Assembly: GCA_000002445.1 (NCBI GenBank)
Contig: CP000068.1
Location: forward strand, 736,001 to 800,000
DNA: 64,000 nt
Source: Trypanosoma brucei
Lineage: Eukaryota
Direction of reading: 5' to 3'
Shown here piece after piece: positions 43,968 through 55,671 of this stretch. The number at the start of each line of letters is the position of its first letter. Within the stretch, counting starts at the first letter, position 1. Made by a program: the position numbers and the translations under genes. The notes beneath the pieces are model-generated. The model made no database searches and was not told where the DNA came from. It saw only the letters and a list, made by a program, of their open reading frames with translations.

Positions 43968-46900
43968 ATGGCTGTCATCCCTAAGGTGGGTGAGGTGTTC
44001 CGCGGTGAGGACGGAGTTATTTCTGTGGTACTTCCCGATACTTGTGATCCGGATCATGAACCCACAGAGGAGGAACTGCATGAATATGCGGAGTTTATTG
44101 GAATAGATGTTAAAGAAGAGAAACATCTTTTGTGGATTGCACGCGAGGGGCTGCAGACCCCGCTTCCTGAGGAGTGGAAGGCGTGTCGTACTGGTGACGA
44201 AGAACCGTATTATTTTAACTTTCGCACTGGTGAAAGTAGCTGGGACCATCCTCTCGACGATATGTTCAGGCAGAAGGTCGATTTAGAGAGGACGAAAGCC
44301 AATGCTTCTGCATTAATTAGTGGCAGTAAGCATGGTAGTACAAATATGAAGATACGCTCCGCGTCGTTATCGTATTCCTCAGCGTCGTCATCCGCTTCTT
44401 CCGACGATGCAGACTCTAGTGCAGAAACCGCTGCTAACCTTCGTCGACAAGGGCATGTGTCCCGACTCGAAAAGGGATCTGGTGGTAATGCCCATTCCAT
44501 TAATCATGTCAGTGCTATGACGGCAAGACCGGTCCCTCTAACCTCTACTGTTGACGCATCGAGTCACTCCTTTAGCACTCAGGGGTCAAGGGATGGCGCA
44601 CTGGTGGGTGAAGCTGCCGGAAAATTAGGTGCCTTGCGGACTCCTGCTCCTGTTCAGCGTGCAAAACTGGATATGTCTAGTTTGTTAGAACCTGGAAAGG
44701 GCGGTCTTCCGTCCACAGCCATTGGTGGTGGAAGTGGTAGAGGCAACAGCGGGAAAGGTAACTTTGCAATAGGATCAAAGGGAAAGTGTCCTGAAGGTGT
44801 TCGAGACATGGAAGCGTCAATCCGGCAACGTGTAGATGAAGAAAACGACGCACGGCGTCGTACAATGAGAATACAGCAGGAGCGGCAACTTGCCGAAGAA
44901 AGACTTAGGTTGGAAGCCGAAATTCGGATGGTTAGTGCCGAATGTGAGAAGGAATTAAACGCGGAACTACAGCAAGCCAACGAATCTGAGGAGCAATTGC
45001 AACTTGAGAAAAGTAAAATGGATGCAGTCTTGTCGGCAAAACAGCGCGAGTATGATGAGGCACGCAAGCAGGTAACGGCACTGGGTTTACTACTACAGCG
45101 GGAAGAGGCAAAGCTGGAGGGTGAAATGCAGAGACGCATAGCGGAGGCGAAGGAGAGAATAAGTGGCAGCGGTGACGATAAGTGTAAGAAAGCGAAGGAG
45201 GCCGCTGCTGCCAAACTTGAAAAAGAGAAAGAAGAACGGAGGAAAGCGCATACCAAACGGTTAGAGGAAGAGAGCAAACAGCTGGCAGCTAACACTCAGT
45301 CAACCGTGGGATCTCTGAAAAAGGCCCTTGAGGAGAAACGTTTGTCAGCTGAAAAACAACTTAAGGCTAAGCTCTCAGAGTTTTCTCCAGCACCCCCCGT
45401 TAGCACTGCAGGCGAAAGTCATCCTGATATTAAGGAGGCCCAGTCTTCGTTAGAACTTGCGGTGAAGCGAGCAACTGCTGAAGCTGCGGCAACTACGTCA
45501 GCTTTACGTCACCGATATGAAAACGAATTGGAGGAGCTTAAATCAGAAAAGAAACGAGCTCTAAGCACTGTGAAAGGTAAGGTGACATCCAAAAATGAAC
45601 CTGTCGAAGACACAATGCAGAACTCTACGCCTCACCCTTCCTTGGAAGAGGAGGAGAAAAGGTTGAAGGAGGCACTAGAAGAAAAGGCTGCACGTTATGT
45701 TGATGAAACACAGCGGCTTTTATCATTTATGCGGAGCGAGTTGAATGGGACGAATTCAACGTCGTTAAATACAACCGAGGGGGACAATATAACTCTTTCG
45801 TCAGGTGCTGAGCTCGCAGAAGAGCAACCAAACTACGATCGCACATGGAAGCAGCTAGACGAGCAGCATGCGAGAACGATGGATCGCATTCGTAGCGCTC
45901 ATGAGCAGACCTTGAGAGAAAAGCATCTATTCGATCCCAGAAAGTCATTGGATTTCGCTGAAAAATTGAAGGTACTGCAGAGGAAGTGGTTGGCAGCCCA
46001 CCCAAAACCAAAATTTTCCGTAGGGGACTCTTGGTCTGCGCGTGAAGGGACCGATACATATGAGTCAAATAGTCCTCAGGTGGATACAAAGTTACTGCAG
46101 GAAAGAGTTGATGCTGCTGTTAAAGCTGCGACGGAAGAGGCCCGGTGTAAACACGGAAATCAACTACAGGCAGTTCAAGAGCTACTGGAAAAAGAAAATC
46201 GCAAGGTTAGTGAAGCGCACCGCGCTGAGAAGATTAAAGAAATGAAGGCTCTGGTTAATCAATACCTCGAGGTATGTTTGGCCGAGCGTTCGAAAGAGAT
46301 AGATTTTTCGACAGCTTCGGTTGGTGACCCCTACAAGAGTAATACGACGAGGACGGGTAATGAATGTCACCTGCAAACGTCACCACAGTTACCTGAAGGC
46401 ATGGTGTCATTAGAGGAAGCCCAAAGACGTGAGGAAGAGGTGCATCGTCAGCTTCAAGACCGTGTAAAAGCGTTGCAAGATGCCACGAAGCTTTCTCAGA
46501 CGGAGCTTCGCCGGCAGCAGGGACTGTTGCACACGAAATCCCTGTACAGTTGCCAGCGTCCACCAATCGTACCGATGCCAGCATCTCCATCCGTCGCGAA
46601 CGACGCTTTTCACACACCCCGGTTTCCTCTTAATCAGAAGCAACCCCAGTCAGCCTTCACAACCCCGATGCTAAACAACACATTGTCCACCATACCTTCA
46701 ATGTATACGACAAACGGTAGCGAGAAGCCGAATGCAACACCGTACTCGTTCTTGCTTGATATTTGTGGTGGACGGCAGCAGAAACCAGTATTGAAGAGCC
46801 AGGGTGGCAATTTAGATGGCGAACATATTTTGCGTAATACTGTGGAGTTCGCTTGTTCATCTGAGCAGACAGGTCACGATTTGGAACAGCGCTTTCAGCA

Positions 46901-47501
46901 CGCCAGATTGCTGCTACTAAAGAAAAAGGATGAACTGTTGGCAAGGCGAGCTTGCATGGAACGTTCCCGTACGTTGTGGTTGCGTGACATGGAAAAATGC
47001 ACTACAACGGGGGAGAGGAGTCATGCGCGTTTGCTCCGTCAAATAAAGGTTTCACTGGAGGAGCAAGCTCGGAAATTAAACCAAGAAGTTTTGGAGGTCC
47101 GTCTGGCGTTCGCCTCGCTTCGCGATTCTGAGCGAAAGTTTCGCAGTGCTGCCGGTCGCGAGGAGGCAACAAATGGAAGGGAAACCGCTATTATGCCCAA
47201 TTCATTAGGTGGTAACAACATGTCTGTTAATTCTACCACAGCTCCACTGTCAAAGAGCTCACAGCATATGATTGAGTTATTAGACGGTATTTTAACTAAA
47301 GCGGCTAAGTTGGAAAGTCATGTGTCCCCATTGCCCGACAAGTACAAATTGATGGGTAGCAAAAGTGTTGAGGGGAAACAACATCACTCACATGCGAGAC
47401 GCTCCCACTCAACGACTCGTCACGTGAGCCGAGCGGCTTCTGCCGAGGGAAAATCTGGTGGTGTTGCACGGTGGCTTGATGAACAGCAACTTGCCTCATG
47501 A
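43968..47501 (+). CDS. WW-domain protein with a ~900-aa coiled-coil region; CEP164-like architecture.
   Basis: N-terminal WW domain 'LPEEWKACRTGDEEPYYFNFRTGESSWDHPLD'. It is followed by long E/K/R/A/Q-rich heptad-like sequence, for example 'RRTMRIQQERQLAEERLRLEAEIRMVSAECEKELNAELQQA'. Confidence 0.55.
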   Translation: MAVIPKVGEVFRGEDGVISVVLPDTCDPDHEPTEEELHEYAEFIGIDVKEEKHLLWIAREGLQTPLPEEWKACRTGDEEPYYFNFRTGESSWDHPLDDMFRQKVDLERTKANASALISGSKHGSTNMKIRSASLSYSSASSSASSDDADSSAETAANLRRQGHVSRLEKGSGGNAHSINHVSAMTARPVPLTSTVDASSHSFSTQGSRDGALVGEAAGKLGALRTPAPVQRAKLDMSSLLEPGKGGLPSTAIGGGSGRGNSGKGNFAIGSKGKCPEGVRDMEASIRQRVDEENDARRRTMRIQQERQLAEERLRLEAEIRMVSAECEKELNAELQQANESEEQLQLEKSKMDAVLSAKQREYDEARKQVTALGLLLQREEAKLEGEMQRRIAEAKERISGSGDDKCKKAKEAAAAKLEKEKEERRKAHTKRLEEESKQLAANTQSTVGSLKKALEEKRLSAEKQLKAKLSEFSPAPPVSTAGESHPDIKEAQSSLELAVKRATAEAAATTSALRHRYENELEELKSEKKRALSTVKGKVTSKNEPVEDTMQNSTPHPSLEEEEKRLKEALEEKAARYVDETQRLLSFMRSELNGTNSTSLNTTEGDNITLSSGAELAEEQPNYDRTWKQLDEQHARTMDRIRSAHEQTLREKHLFDPRKSLDFAEKLKVLQRKWLAAHPKPKFSVGDSWSAREGTDTYESNSPQVDTKLLQERVDAAVKAATEEARCKHGNQLQAVQELLEKENRKVSEAHRAEKIKEMKALVNQYLEVCLAERSKEIDFSTASVGDPYKSNTTRTGNECHLQTSPQLPEGMVSLEEAQRREEEVHRQLQDRVKALQDATKLSQTELRRQQGLLHTKSLYSCQRPPIVPMPASPSVANDAFHTPRFPLNQKQPQSAFTTPMLNNTLSTIPSMYTTNGSEKPNATPYSFLLDICGGRQQKPVLKSQGGNLDGEHILRNTVEFACSSEQTGHDLEQRFQHARLLLLKKKDELLARRACMERSRTLWLRDMEKCTTTGERSHARLLRQIKVSLEEQARKLNQEVLEVRLAFASLRDSERKFRSAAGREEATNGRETAIMPNSLGGNNMSVNSTTAPLSKSSQHMIELLDGILTKAAKLESHVSPLPDKYKLMGSKSVEGKQHHSHARRSHSTTRHVSRAASAEGKSGGVARWLDEQQLAS

Positions 47502-49901
47502 TATTTTACAACGTGGGTAGAATTTCATTATAGGCGTTTGCAAGCATGCGGAAAACAATGAATAGATATGCGGTGAACTTATGTGCGTGAGTTTCGTAAC
47601 GTGTTTCCTTGCAATTGAGTGTTTTTTTTTGTTGCTTCCTTTGTTTACTGGCTTACAGGACTACTAATGTGCGGAAAATTGTCCATTCTGTGAAGAACTT
47701 CACCGCGTGCACGATAGTCACTCCATTTATATAACTTTAGTTCTTTGAGTTTTGCCGGCACCTCCATGTTTTCCCTGACCTGACCTGATCTGATCTGATT
47801 TGTTTGTTTGACCTTCTTATTGATTCTTTTCGTGTGATTTGCACTTCATCACAACTGAGGAGCAGGTGACATTGATAACTTTGTTGGAGTTATGACGATG
47901 TTCTAATAACCTCTACTTTGAAATATGTCCTTGTTCCTTCTTTCTCCAAACACTCACGCAAACACAAACGATTCGAGTTTACGTCGTTTGCTGTTTCTGT
48001 TTCTGCTTTTGTTTTGCTTTTTTTTTTTTCAAACATCGTAACGTCATGAATGCCGAGGAAACCTTGTGTGGGATGTGTGAGAAATATTTGTATGGAAAAC
48101 GCTTCCGCTCACTTGGGATGGAGCAGCGGGTCAAATGCGCAAAAGCTCCCGGGAGGAACTGGTGAGTGCTAAATTGTTTTCTTTCTCTCTTTCTCTCTCA
48201 CTCTATATATATATATATGTGTGTGTGTGTGTTCGTTTATATTTATGCTTGTATGCTTAGTTATATTTGCGTGTACGCCTATTTGGGTGTGCTTTTGAGT
48301 CGTGGTTTCTCAAGTTAGAGAGAGGATGTTGCTGTTTCGTATTTGTTTGTTTGATGGCTTTGAGTTTTTTTTTAAAAAATAAAAAAAGAGGGGGAGGAAG
48401 CCATGGGAATTGCACCTTAAAAGTAGGTACAGCTTCACTTCGCTGTTAACATCTATTGATTCGGTTGTTTTATTTTTGTAGGAGCCTTGTTAGTCATTTC
48501 TCGCACTATTATTATTGTTATCACTCTTATTATTATTATTCACCTTTTCCCTTCCCTCACGGTTTAGTGACGACATGTTTCTAATTCCCTGTGGGTAGGA
48601 TGCTGTAGGAAATACACTTCACCCAAATCAAGACAGAAAGGGAAGTATAGACTGCTGTAAATTTGTGTTACTATATGGTTAAACATAAATAATTTCAAGA
48701 TAAAACACGAAATGTTGCCTTTTCATGGTTTTATTTTAAGAAAGAACTTGTTTTTTTTCCTTTCTTTCATTTCACTTTTCTGTCGGAAGAGGCAATTAGC
48801 TAGGTAGGTTCATATGTCACCTTTTCGTTTGTATTAACATCAAAAATGCAAGCACCCTTTCACATTGACGTTCACACTCCATCATCATTTAAAAGGGGAA
48901 AAAAAGAATTTAGAGGTAGCGGAGCGCTATGGGTCACTTTTCAGTGCTGGAATGGAGGTTTGTAGACGTGATCACACGAAGATCCCACAATTTGAAATAT
49001 TTGGTGCGGTAGATGGGAAGTAATAAAGGCTCTGATAAGTTATTGTTGAACCAAACGCTAACGGAACGTTTTAGAAGTTTATAATCACAATGATTGTGGC
49101 GGTAGGACGAAGGAAAAAAATTTAAAAAAATAAATAAAGAGTCTCAATGCCAGATGACTGTGACAAGCACATGAATTAGTTAAATATTGTAGTTTTCACA
49201 TTAAGGTTCTTTCAGTTGGTACTACGCACGCAAACTCTTGGCAGAGTTGGTAGAGACGTACTTGTTCTTTTCTTCTTTTCTGTATATTCGTTAATTACAC
49301 CTCTTTCTTGTGCCTCATTAGCTGTCACGTTCCCTTCATTTTTGTTTTTATGTGATTTCGGTTTATTAGGTGGAATCTTAACCTAGCTGTGGGGATGGGA
49401 ATAGTTCTTGAAGTCAATTATTATTTAAAGGCTTTCAAAGGGTTATAGAGGTGAGTTTTTTTTTTCCCCGGCTGTCTGCAATACCTTCGGTAAAGCACAA
49501 CCGTCTTCATGGTATTTTTATTGTGACTATCGGAGACACGCTGTATCTGATGTTTGTTTGTTACTGGTATCGCTCATATATCATTGAAATGATCCGAGCA
49601 CGACCGATGATTCTCGCATAATGGTTTAGCTATTATTCTTTGTTGAAGTTACCTGCATCTTTCGTCACTGTCAATTTTTTTCTTTGTTTTGTTTTGAAAA
49701 CAAACATTTAGAAGGGAAGTGATTTACTGCTGGAATCCCTTCGTGGTGTTGAAGAAACTAGTGGGGAAGTAAGTCTGTGCGGCGGCGTTAAGTGGTTTAC
49801 CAATTAAGAGAAAGGGAAAGGAAAGGGATAAGAGGGAAAGTGTGTGGTGAAGAGTAAGGAGGAACAGTTACCACCGCAAAGGCGACTTAACCCGATATTG
49901 A

Positions 49902-52900
49902 ATGGGCGTGCCAAAGTTCGCCTCTTGGTTGCGTAATAAATATCCTGCAATTGTAACTAAGAACTGCCCCTCGTCTGTCCACGGACTGTACATTGACCTT
50001 AACGGCATTATTCATCCATGCTGCCATAATGATTCGGACACCGCAATTGCACTCCTTCCGGAAGAGGAAAAACTGGAATGTATTTGCAGTGAGTTGGAGC
50101 TGCTTGTACAAACTGTGCAGCCGAAGGAGGTAATGTACATCGCCATCGATGGTGTTGCGCCACGGGCGAAGATGAACCAGCAACGTGCCCGCCGTTATAT
50201 GGGCCGCGCAGCACCCGCTCAAACTGGGGAAGTTGCCTCCACTCACATGCCAAATAAAAGTGGGATGGCCATTGTAGAGGAGGTGGTGCGTGAGTTTACG
50301 TCAACAGAGATGGCGCAAGCCAATGATGACCTCGATGAAGTACGGCAAACGCTATTAGAGGATCCACTCTATAGTGGTGCGTTGCATAATGAAGGGGAAG
50401 AAAGAGGCTGGGGATGCCTTGAACGACGGGGACGGGGTTAATTCTTTCTGTGTAAGGAGCACAGATGATGATTATGAGAGTACGCACGAAAATCGTTACG
50501 TGGAATCAAACCAGGTGGCTGACGATGTGTTCGGTCACCGTGGCGAAGTTATTGTCGATGACCCTACCGCTTTCGAATTTGATAGCAACTGCATCAGCCC
50601 AGGTACCGACTTCATGGCAAAAGTGTCTGACGCTGTGCTTAACATGCTGAATGAGAAAATGTCTGGGAATGACCCCACCTGGACACGGTTGTGCGTGATA
50701 TTTTCTGGGTCAAATACACCAGGGGAGGGGGAACATAAAATCATCGATTTTTTGCGCACGCAGTCTTCACTGGCACAGTTTGGCGGCAAGGCCAATCACG
50801 TAATTGTTGGATTAGATGCGGATTTGATTTTCTTGGCGCTATCTTTGCACATCACGCAGGTGTTTATTCTACGTGATACGACAAGAAATCCCTATAAGAG
50901 GCGAGCTGTTGCTCGACAGCAGCAGCGGGAGAGGCGGTCACGTAGGAAACGTAACTTTATCGACGACACATGCATCATTTCGTTGAATCCCAGTTATATT
51001 GATGAGGAGGAGAGCGACGGCGTAATTGGAGTACCCGTGTGTGAAAGCAGCGAAAACTCAAGTAGCGACACCGATAATGAATCCCCCATTGAGAGCAGAG
51101 AAGCCCACGTCGCAACAGTACCTAACACTGGATTCGAGTATTTTGATATCAGCGTGGTGGGTGGGTCCCTCATCTCAGAGGTGAGTGCTTTGTGTGATAT
51201 TAAGAAGTTTACTCCCGCGACGGAGTCGGCATTCGACAAGAAAACGCTCGTTTCCTCGGCAGGTTATTATTTCTTTGGTCAACCGAACCATATCGAGGGT
51301 GGCACCTTGCCGTCTTCTACAGAATGTGGATCACCGAAAGGACGACGTTCTAAAAGGGTTTCAAAGAAAACTGAGGCAGAAAGAAGTTGGAAGAATTTTA
51401 GGCCGTGCTCGTCGCCGGCGAACAGCAAAATTATTGACGATATCATTGTACTTTCGATATTGCTTGGTAACGACTTCCTTCCGCACGCGCCAAGCGCGTT
51501 TTCAGGAGAAAGTGCCCTCGACAACTTACTGGAGTTATACGTTTCTGAAGTGCTACCATACGGTTTCTTAACGAAAGGGCCTCATGAAATCAACCTACCA
51601 CAACTTCAACGTCTGTTTGAAGCATATGCAAAGATTGAGGCAGTTAAGTTCCGGCGGTTTCTCTTATTCAAAAGCACAAATGAAGAAAACAACAACAGCG
51701 GCGCCGAATTTAGAAAAGGAAGCAACAATGACAACGTAACCGTTGCTGATGTAGCAGTTGCTCTTCACTCAACCATAGATGATAGGTGGCGCGACACGTA
51801 CTTGAAGTCAACAGGCCTCTCTAACAGCGTGCAAGAGGCGTGCGAAAAGTATGTTGAAGGAGTTTGTTTTGTGTGGCGTTACTACACAACAACCACTACC
51901 GACTCCGATTGGTCGTGGTATTATCCTTTTTACCATGCTCCACCAGTAATAGACCTTGCAATGTACTTAAAGGAAGCCAACATCAAAAGGATGCCGCTTC
52001 CTGTGGTGAAGCCCACACCACCGGACACATTAGTGCAATTGCTTTCTATTTTACCGCCTACAAGTCATGCGCTTTTACCCATGGTGCTGGGGGAGGTGAT
52101 GGTTCGCTCACCGCAACAGGCGGAGCTCGAGAGTACATTTCCCTTGCAGTGGCATGTGGATTACCACGATAGCAACGTAGTACATCTTGCCACCGTAATG
52201 CTGCCGTTCGCTGATATGGATGTGCTTCAGCAAGTCGTTGACGCTGCTTGGCCACAACTCACGGAGGAGGAAAGATGGCGAACGCAAAAGTTGGACTTCC
52301 ACCTTGTAATTACCTCAAACAAGACATCTTTCGTGCCGAAGGGAGATTTGAGGAAGTTGTCCGACGCACTCGATACCATATTGAGACGAGTTCCTTCCCG
52401 CGAAGGGGTGGAGATACGACAGCTCTATGATGTTCCTTTGGAGCGATATCGGCCGCGAACGTATTCGTGTACGGTGGAAGTCCCAAGGCTTTCATATGGT
52501 GCGGATGGTCAAGTGATCAAGCGGCAACGTCGCCATCGCCACTCAGGCCAACTAAAAGGGAATGGAGAAGGTGTGATTGAAGGGAAGAAGTCAAATTCTC
52601 GCGTTACTGTTGTGAACAAAGGTCCATGTTTTGCCACGTTTTTGCTGTTCCTTGCATGTGCCTCTGTTTTCACTGCCGTTGTATTGTTGCCATGCTCTTT
52701 AGCGTCCTTTATGCAAGTATTGTCGATAAATATTTGTGCTATATTGATTAGCTTTGTGCTTGGCATCTCCGTCCATGACCCCTCCAGTGGCTGTGGCATG
52801 AGCCGCAATAACATTCGGCAAACATTCGTTGATTGGCTATGCACGGAGTGCCTGAGCCTTAACTTTTCATCGAGAACAAGGTGTTTCGTTTGTCGCGCGC

Positions 52901-53013
52901 CATTTGATAACCGACGCTGCCTCGCTGTATTTAGTTGTACGCAATCCGCCGATCAGTCATTGTACGATCCCGACCACTCGCCGCACATCGAGGCGGTGAA
53001 GTTACAAATTTGA
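49902..53013 (+). CDS. XRN-family 5'-3' exoribonuclease. The reading frame is interrupted by an apparent single-base frameshift between 50359 and 50441. The C-terminus carries a RanBP2-type zinc finger.
   Basis: Frame A (49902-50441) has 'MGVPKFASWLRNKYP', 'LYIDLNGIIHPCCH' and 'MYIAIDGVAPRAKMNQQRARRY'. Frame B (open from 50359 to 53013) has 'FDSNCISPGTDFM', 'CVIFSGSNTPGEGEHKIIDFLR' and 'VIVGLDADLIFLALSLH'. The C-terminal 'WLCTECLSLNFSSRTRCFVCRAP' fits W-x-C-x2-C-x3-N-x6-C-x2-C. Confidence 0.8.
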
Positions 53014-53732
53014 ACACGTTGGTAGTCTCGAAACGTGGTCACAGCCACTGTGTGTGTGTGTGTGTGTGTCGCAACTGTTACTCTTTTCCTTTTTGCGTGT
53101 ATTTGTGTCTGCGAAACGTGCGATTCCGTCCCTTTTTCTTTTTTTCTTTTTACTGGTTCCTCATTACGTTATTTTAATTGCGCCGTTTCAACCCCTTATC
53201 GTTTCTTTCTGTGATCGTATACAGCAACAATGTGTAAAACAGGATTTTACCCGTAATCTACTGGGGAGAGAAAACGAAATAAATAAATCAAGGAGTATGA
53301 AGGCGGACTTAGGGTTCTAGTCACAGTGCACGGTAGGTTCGCCTCATTTTTTTTAAAGGTTATTTTAATACTGACACTTTTTCTCTTTGTAAAGCACGAA
53401 TGTAAATCGAGTATATAATTATTGTTGTTATTCCGCTGCGCGTCGGTGTTTGTGGTATCTGAGCGGAATGCTGTATGAATACCTCTTACTTACTTGTTGT
53501 TATCTCTTTTTTCTTTCTCCCTACTGAAACTCGCAGTGGCCACGACCCTCCGTTGCACGTGCACTGTTGAGTTTTTAACCACTGACTTTCCTATGAAGCT
53601 TCATACCTACTTTCCCCGTCTGATCAATGCATTTTGTTTCTTTCCCTTCCTCTTAATTTTTTCGTCTCCACATGATTTAGCTGTCCGATCTTTTTTTTTT
53701 TTCCACCGCTTGTCTTTTTTCCCAGCGGTTCG

Positions 53733-55211
53733 ATGCCACTCCTTCTCCGTTTGTGTCTACGTATCGTAGATCCGGATGGTGCAGAAATGATGATGTGGTT
53801 GTCTTACTCCGTGATTAGCACTACAACTGCAAGTGATGTGATTCGTTTTGCTCAGCGAACTGTTTGTGAGCGGCTCGGTGCGAGTCTTGCTGCACCTGTA
53901 GGGGAATTAACGTTGTGTATACGTGATATCTTTATGAGGTTTGTGGCCGTCGGCACCTTAGCTTCCTCCAAGAATGAGGTTCCGATAACAACTATGCGTT
54001 TCTTCGAGGAGTTGCTTCGCGCAAACCGAGAGAACCGAAGTAGTTCTTCCATGTGTATGGGAGGTGATGGAGCATGGCAGAAATTTATAGTAATCCAAGG
54101 CGCCCTTGCACCTACAAAAGTGCTGCGACACCTCGATGTTCCTAAAAGTGCCGGAACGACGCATCCATCGTGCAGGTGCCAAATAGTTGAGGTTCCCTCG
54201 GAATTGGGTAGAGAACCGCTTTCAGTGGATGATCCCTTAGGTACGTCTCGAAACAGTTTGGTAAGTTACACAAATGAGACAGCGTTTGCCTCTCCCAAAC
54301 TAGAGGTTAATGATAACGATGATAGCGTGGTTATCAACAGTAGCGCGAGTGAAATGAGGGACTCGATGTCTGTTGACGTGCGCCATGTTAGTGTGGAAGG
54401 TGAGCAGCATACGATTACACTTCGTGCCGCTGACCTCCAATCGTTGGAAACCGCCTTGTTGAAATGCTGTGAGGATTTGGGTCCGAAAGCGGGGTATGAG
54501 TTAGAACCATCGAGGATGCGTTTGATGTACAGCACAGAGGAGAACACCCAAAGTTTCCCGGTTGAAACTGATATGGTGCTGAAACAAACACTAGAGAACC
54601 CAAATGTTACGTGTCTTTCCCTCGTGGAAAGGTCGCAAGTATCTAACTCAGCCTCTGACACCGCTACTTTAAGTGAGAGAACAGGTTTGGCACGTACAAG
54701 AAGGGAACCGATCGATGACAGCAGTCATGAACCATTTGCAGATGTGACACCAATGGAGTTAAGAAGAAATGCGTGCGTAATACCGGGTGCAACACCCAAG
54801 AAACCTCTAATTCTGAAGCATGTGGACACCGTTCCACCACTGCCGGCATTTTCGTCCCTCAATGACTTGTCTCCGGTTGAAAATTCATTCAGACCAATGA
54901 AAGCAAATGGGAAAAGACGAACGAGCGATTTGGTGAAAGGAGATATAACGGGTTCTAACTCGGAACTGGCATCTTTTCACCGAGACATGGATGAAGCGCT
55001 TGGATACTACTATAGGATTGTGGAAGAAAATAACAGGTCTATCGGCATGCTGCAGCATCAAGTATCTTCGCTCACAAACGAACTGAAGGGATACAACAAT
55101 GCAGAGCAGGACTGCAAGAGTCTCGAGAAAATTTTAGAGAGACTCAGAATGAATGTGGGCAGGGGAGAAAGTCGGCAAAAGGGCCTTTTACAGGAACTTG
55201 ACGAATTGTGA
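53733..55211 (+). CDS. Hypothetical protein, 492 aa, with a C-terminal coiled coil.
   Basis: ATG ORF on the coding strand. The C-terminal 'LTNELKGYNNAEQDCKSLEKILERLRMNV' is heptad-like. Confidence 0.5.
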   Translation: MPLLLRLCLRIVDPDGAEMMMWLSYSVISTTTASDVIRFAQRTVCERLGASLAAPVGELTLCIRDIFMRFVAVGTLASSKNEVPITTMRFFEELLRANRENRSSSSMCMGGDGAWQKFIVIQGALAPTKVLRHLDVPKSAGTTHPSCRCQIVEVPSELGREPLSVDDPLGTSRNSLVSYTNETAFASPKLEVNDNDDSVVINSSASEMRDSMSVDVRHVSVEGEQHTITLRAADLQSLETALLKCCEDLGPKAGYELEPSRMRLMYSTEENTQSFPVETDMVLKQTLENPNVTCLSLVERSQVSNSASDTATLSERTGLARTRREPIDDSSHEPFADVTPMELRRNACVIPGATPKKPLILKHVDTVPPLPAFSSLNDLSPVENSFRPMKANGKRRTSDLVKGDITGSNSELASFHRDMDEALGYYYRIVEENNRSIGMLQHQVSSLTNELKGYNNAEQDCKSLEKILERLRMNVGRGESRQKGLLQELDEL

Positions 55212-55671
55212 TCCCCCTGCTGAGTTTTTTTTCTTTCGGTGAGCACACCGCGGTTGCCTCCGGCGTTCTGACGATTTTTGAGCTAGATATTTATTCACAG
55301 GCGGGAATGGCATATGCTCCTGCGTTCCCTTCAATCTCTGTTTTGGTTCCGCACATGCATATAATAATTTTAAAAAGTTGTGAAGATGGAATATCGCACA
55401 AATGCAACGCCGTTCAATCATTTAGTATGCTACGTTCGTTGTTTATGTCTTTCCGCTGTGCCCCAAAGTTTTTACTGTAGTTGGCGAACCCTTACCCCAG
55501 CAAACGTTAAGTGTATCAACGTTGCCAAATTTCTTTTTCTGCTACGGAAACGTTGGTTTCTAAATTCATTCGGCTTTGCGCGAGTTTGCATTATTTTCAT
55601 TTCTTCACTGCAGCACCATATTGTGAGAGTACTCTTTTTTTCCTATTCTCGTACAGCGGGTTCTTTAGTCG

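Noticed and set aside
44654-45295. 213-aa minus-strand ORF, Ser/Ala/Leu/Cys-rich.
   Set aside because: It is antisense to the GAA/GAG/AAG-rich coiled-coil coding region of the WW/coiled-coil gene. This is a typical antisense low-complexity artefact, and no gene on the minus strand has support.
48040-48159. Small ATG ORF of ~39 aa with CxxC ('MNAEETLCGMCEKY...') in the long intergenic region before XRN.
   Set aside because: It is too short. A single CxxC without a partner pair gives no support for a zinc ribbon or for expression. It could be a uORF but that is untestable here.
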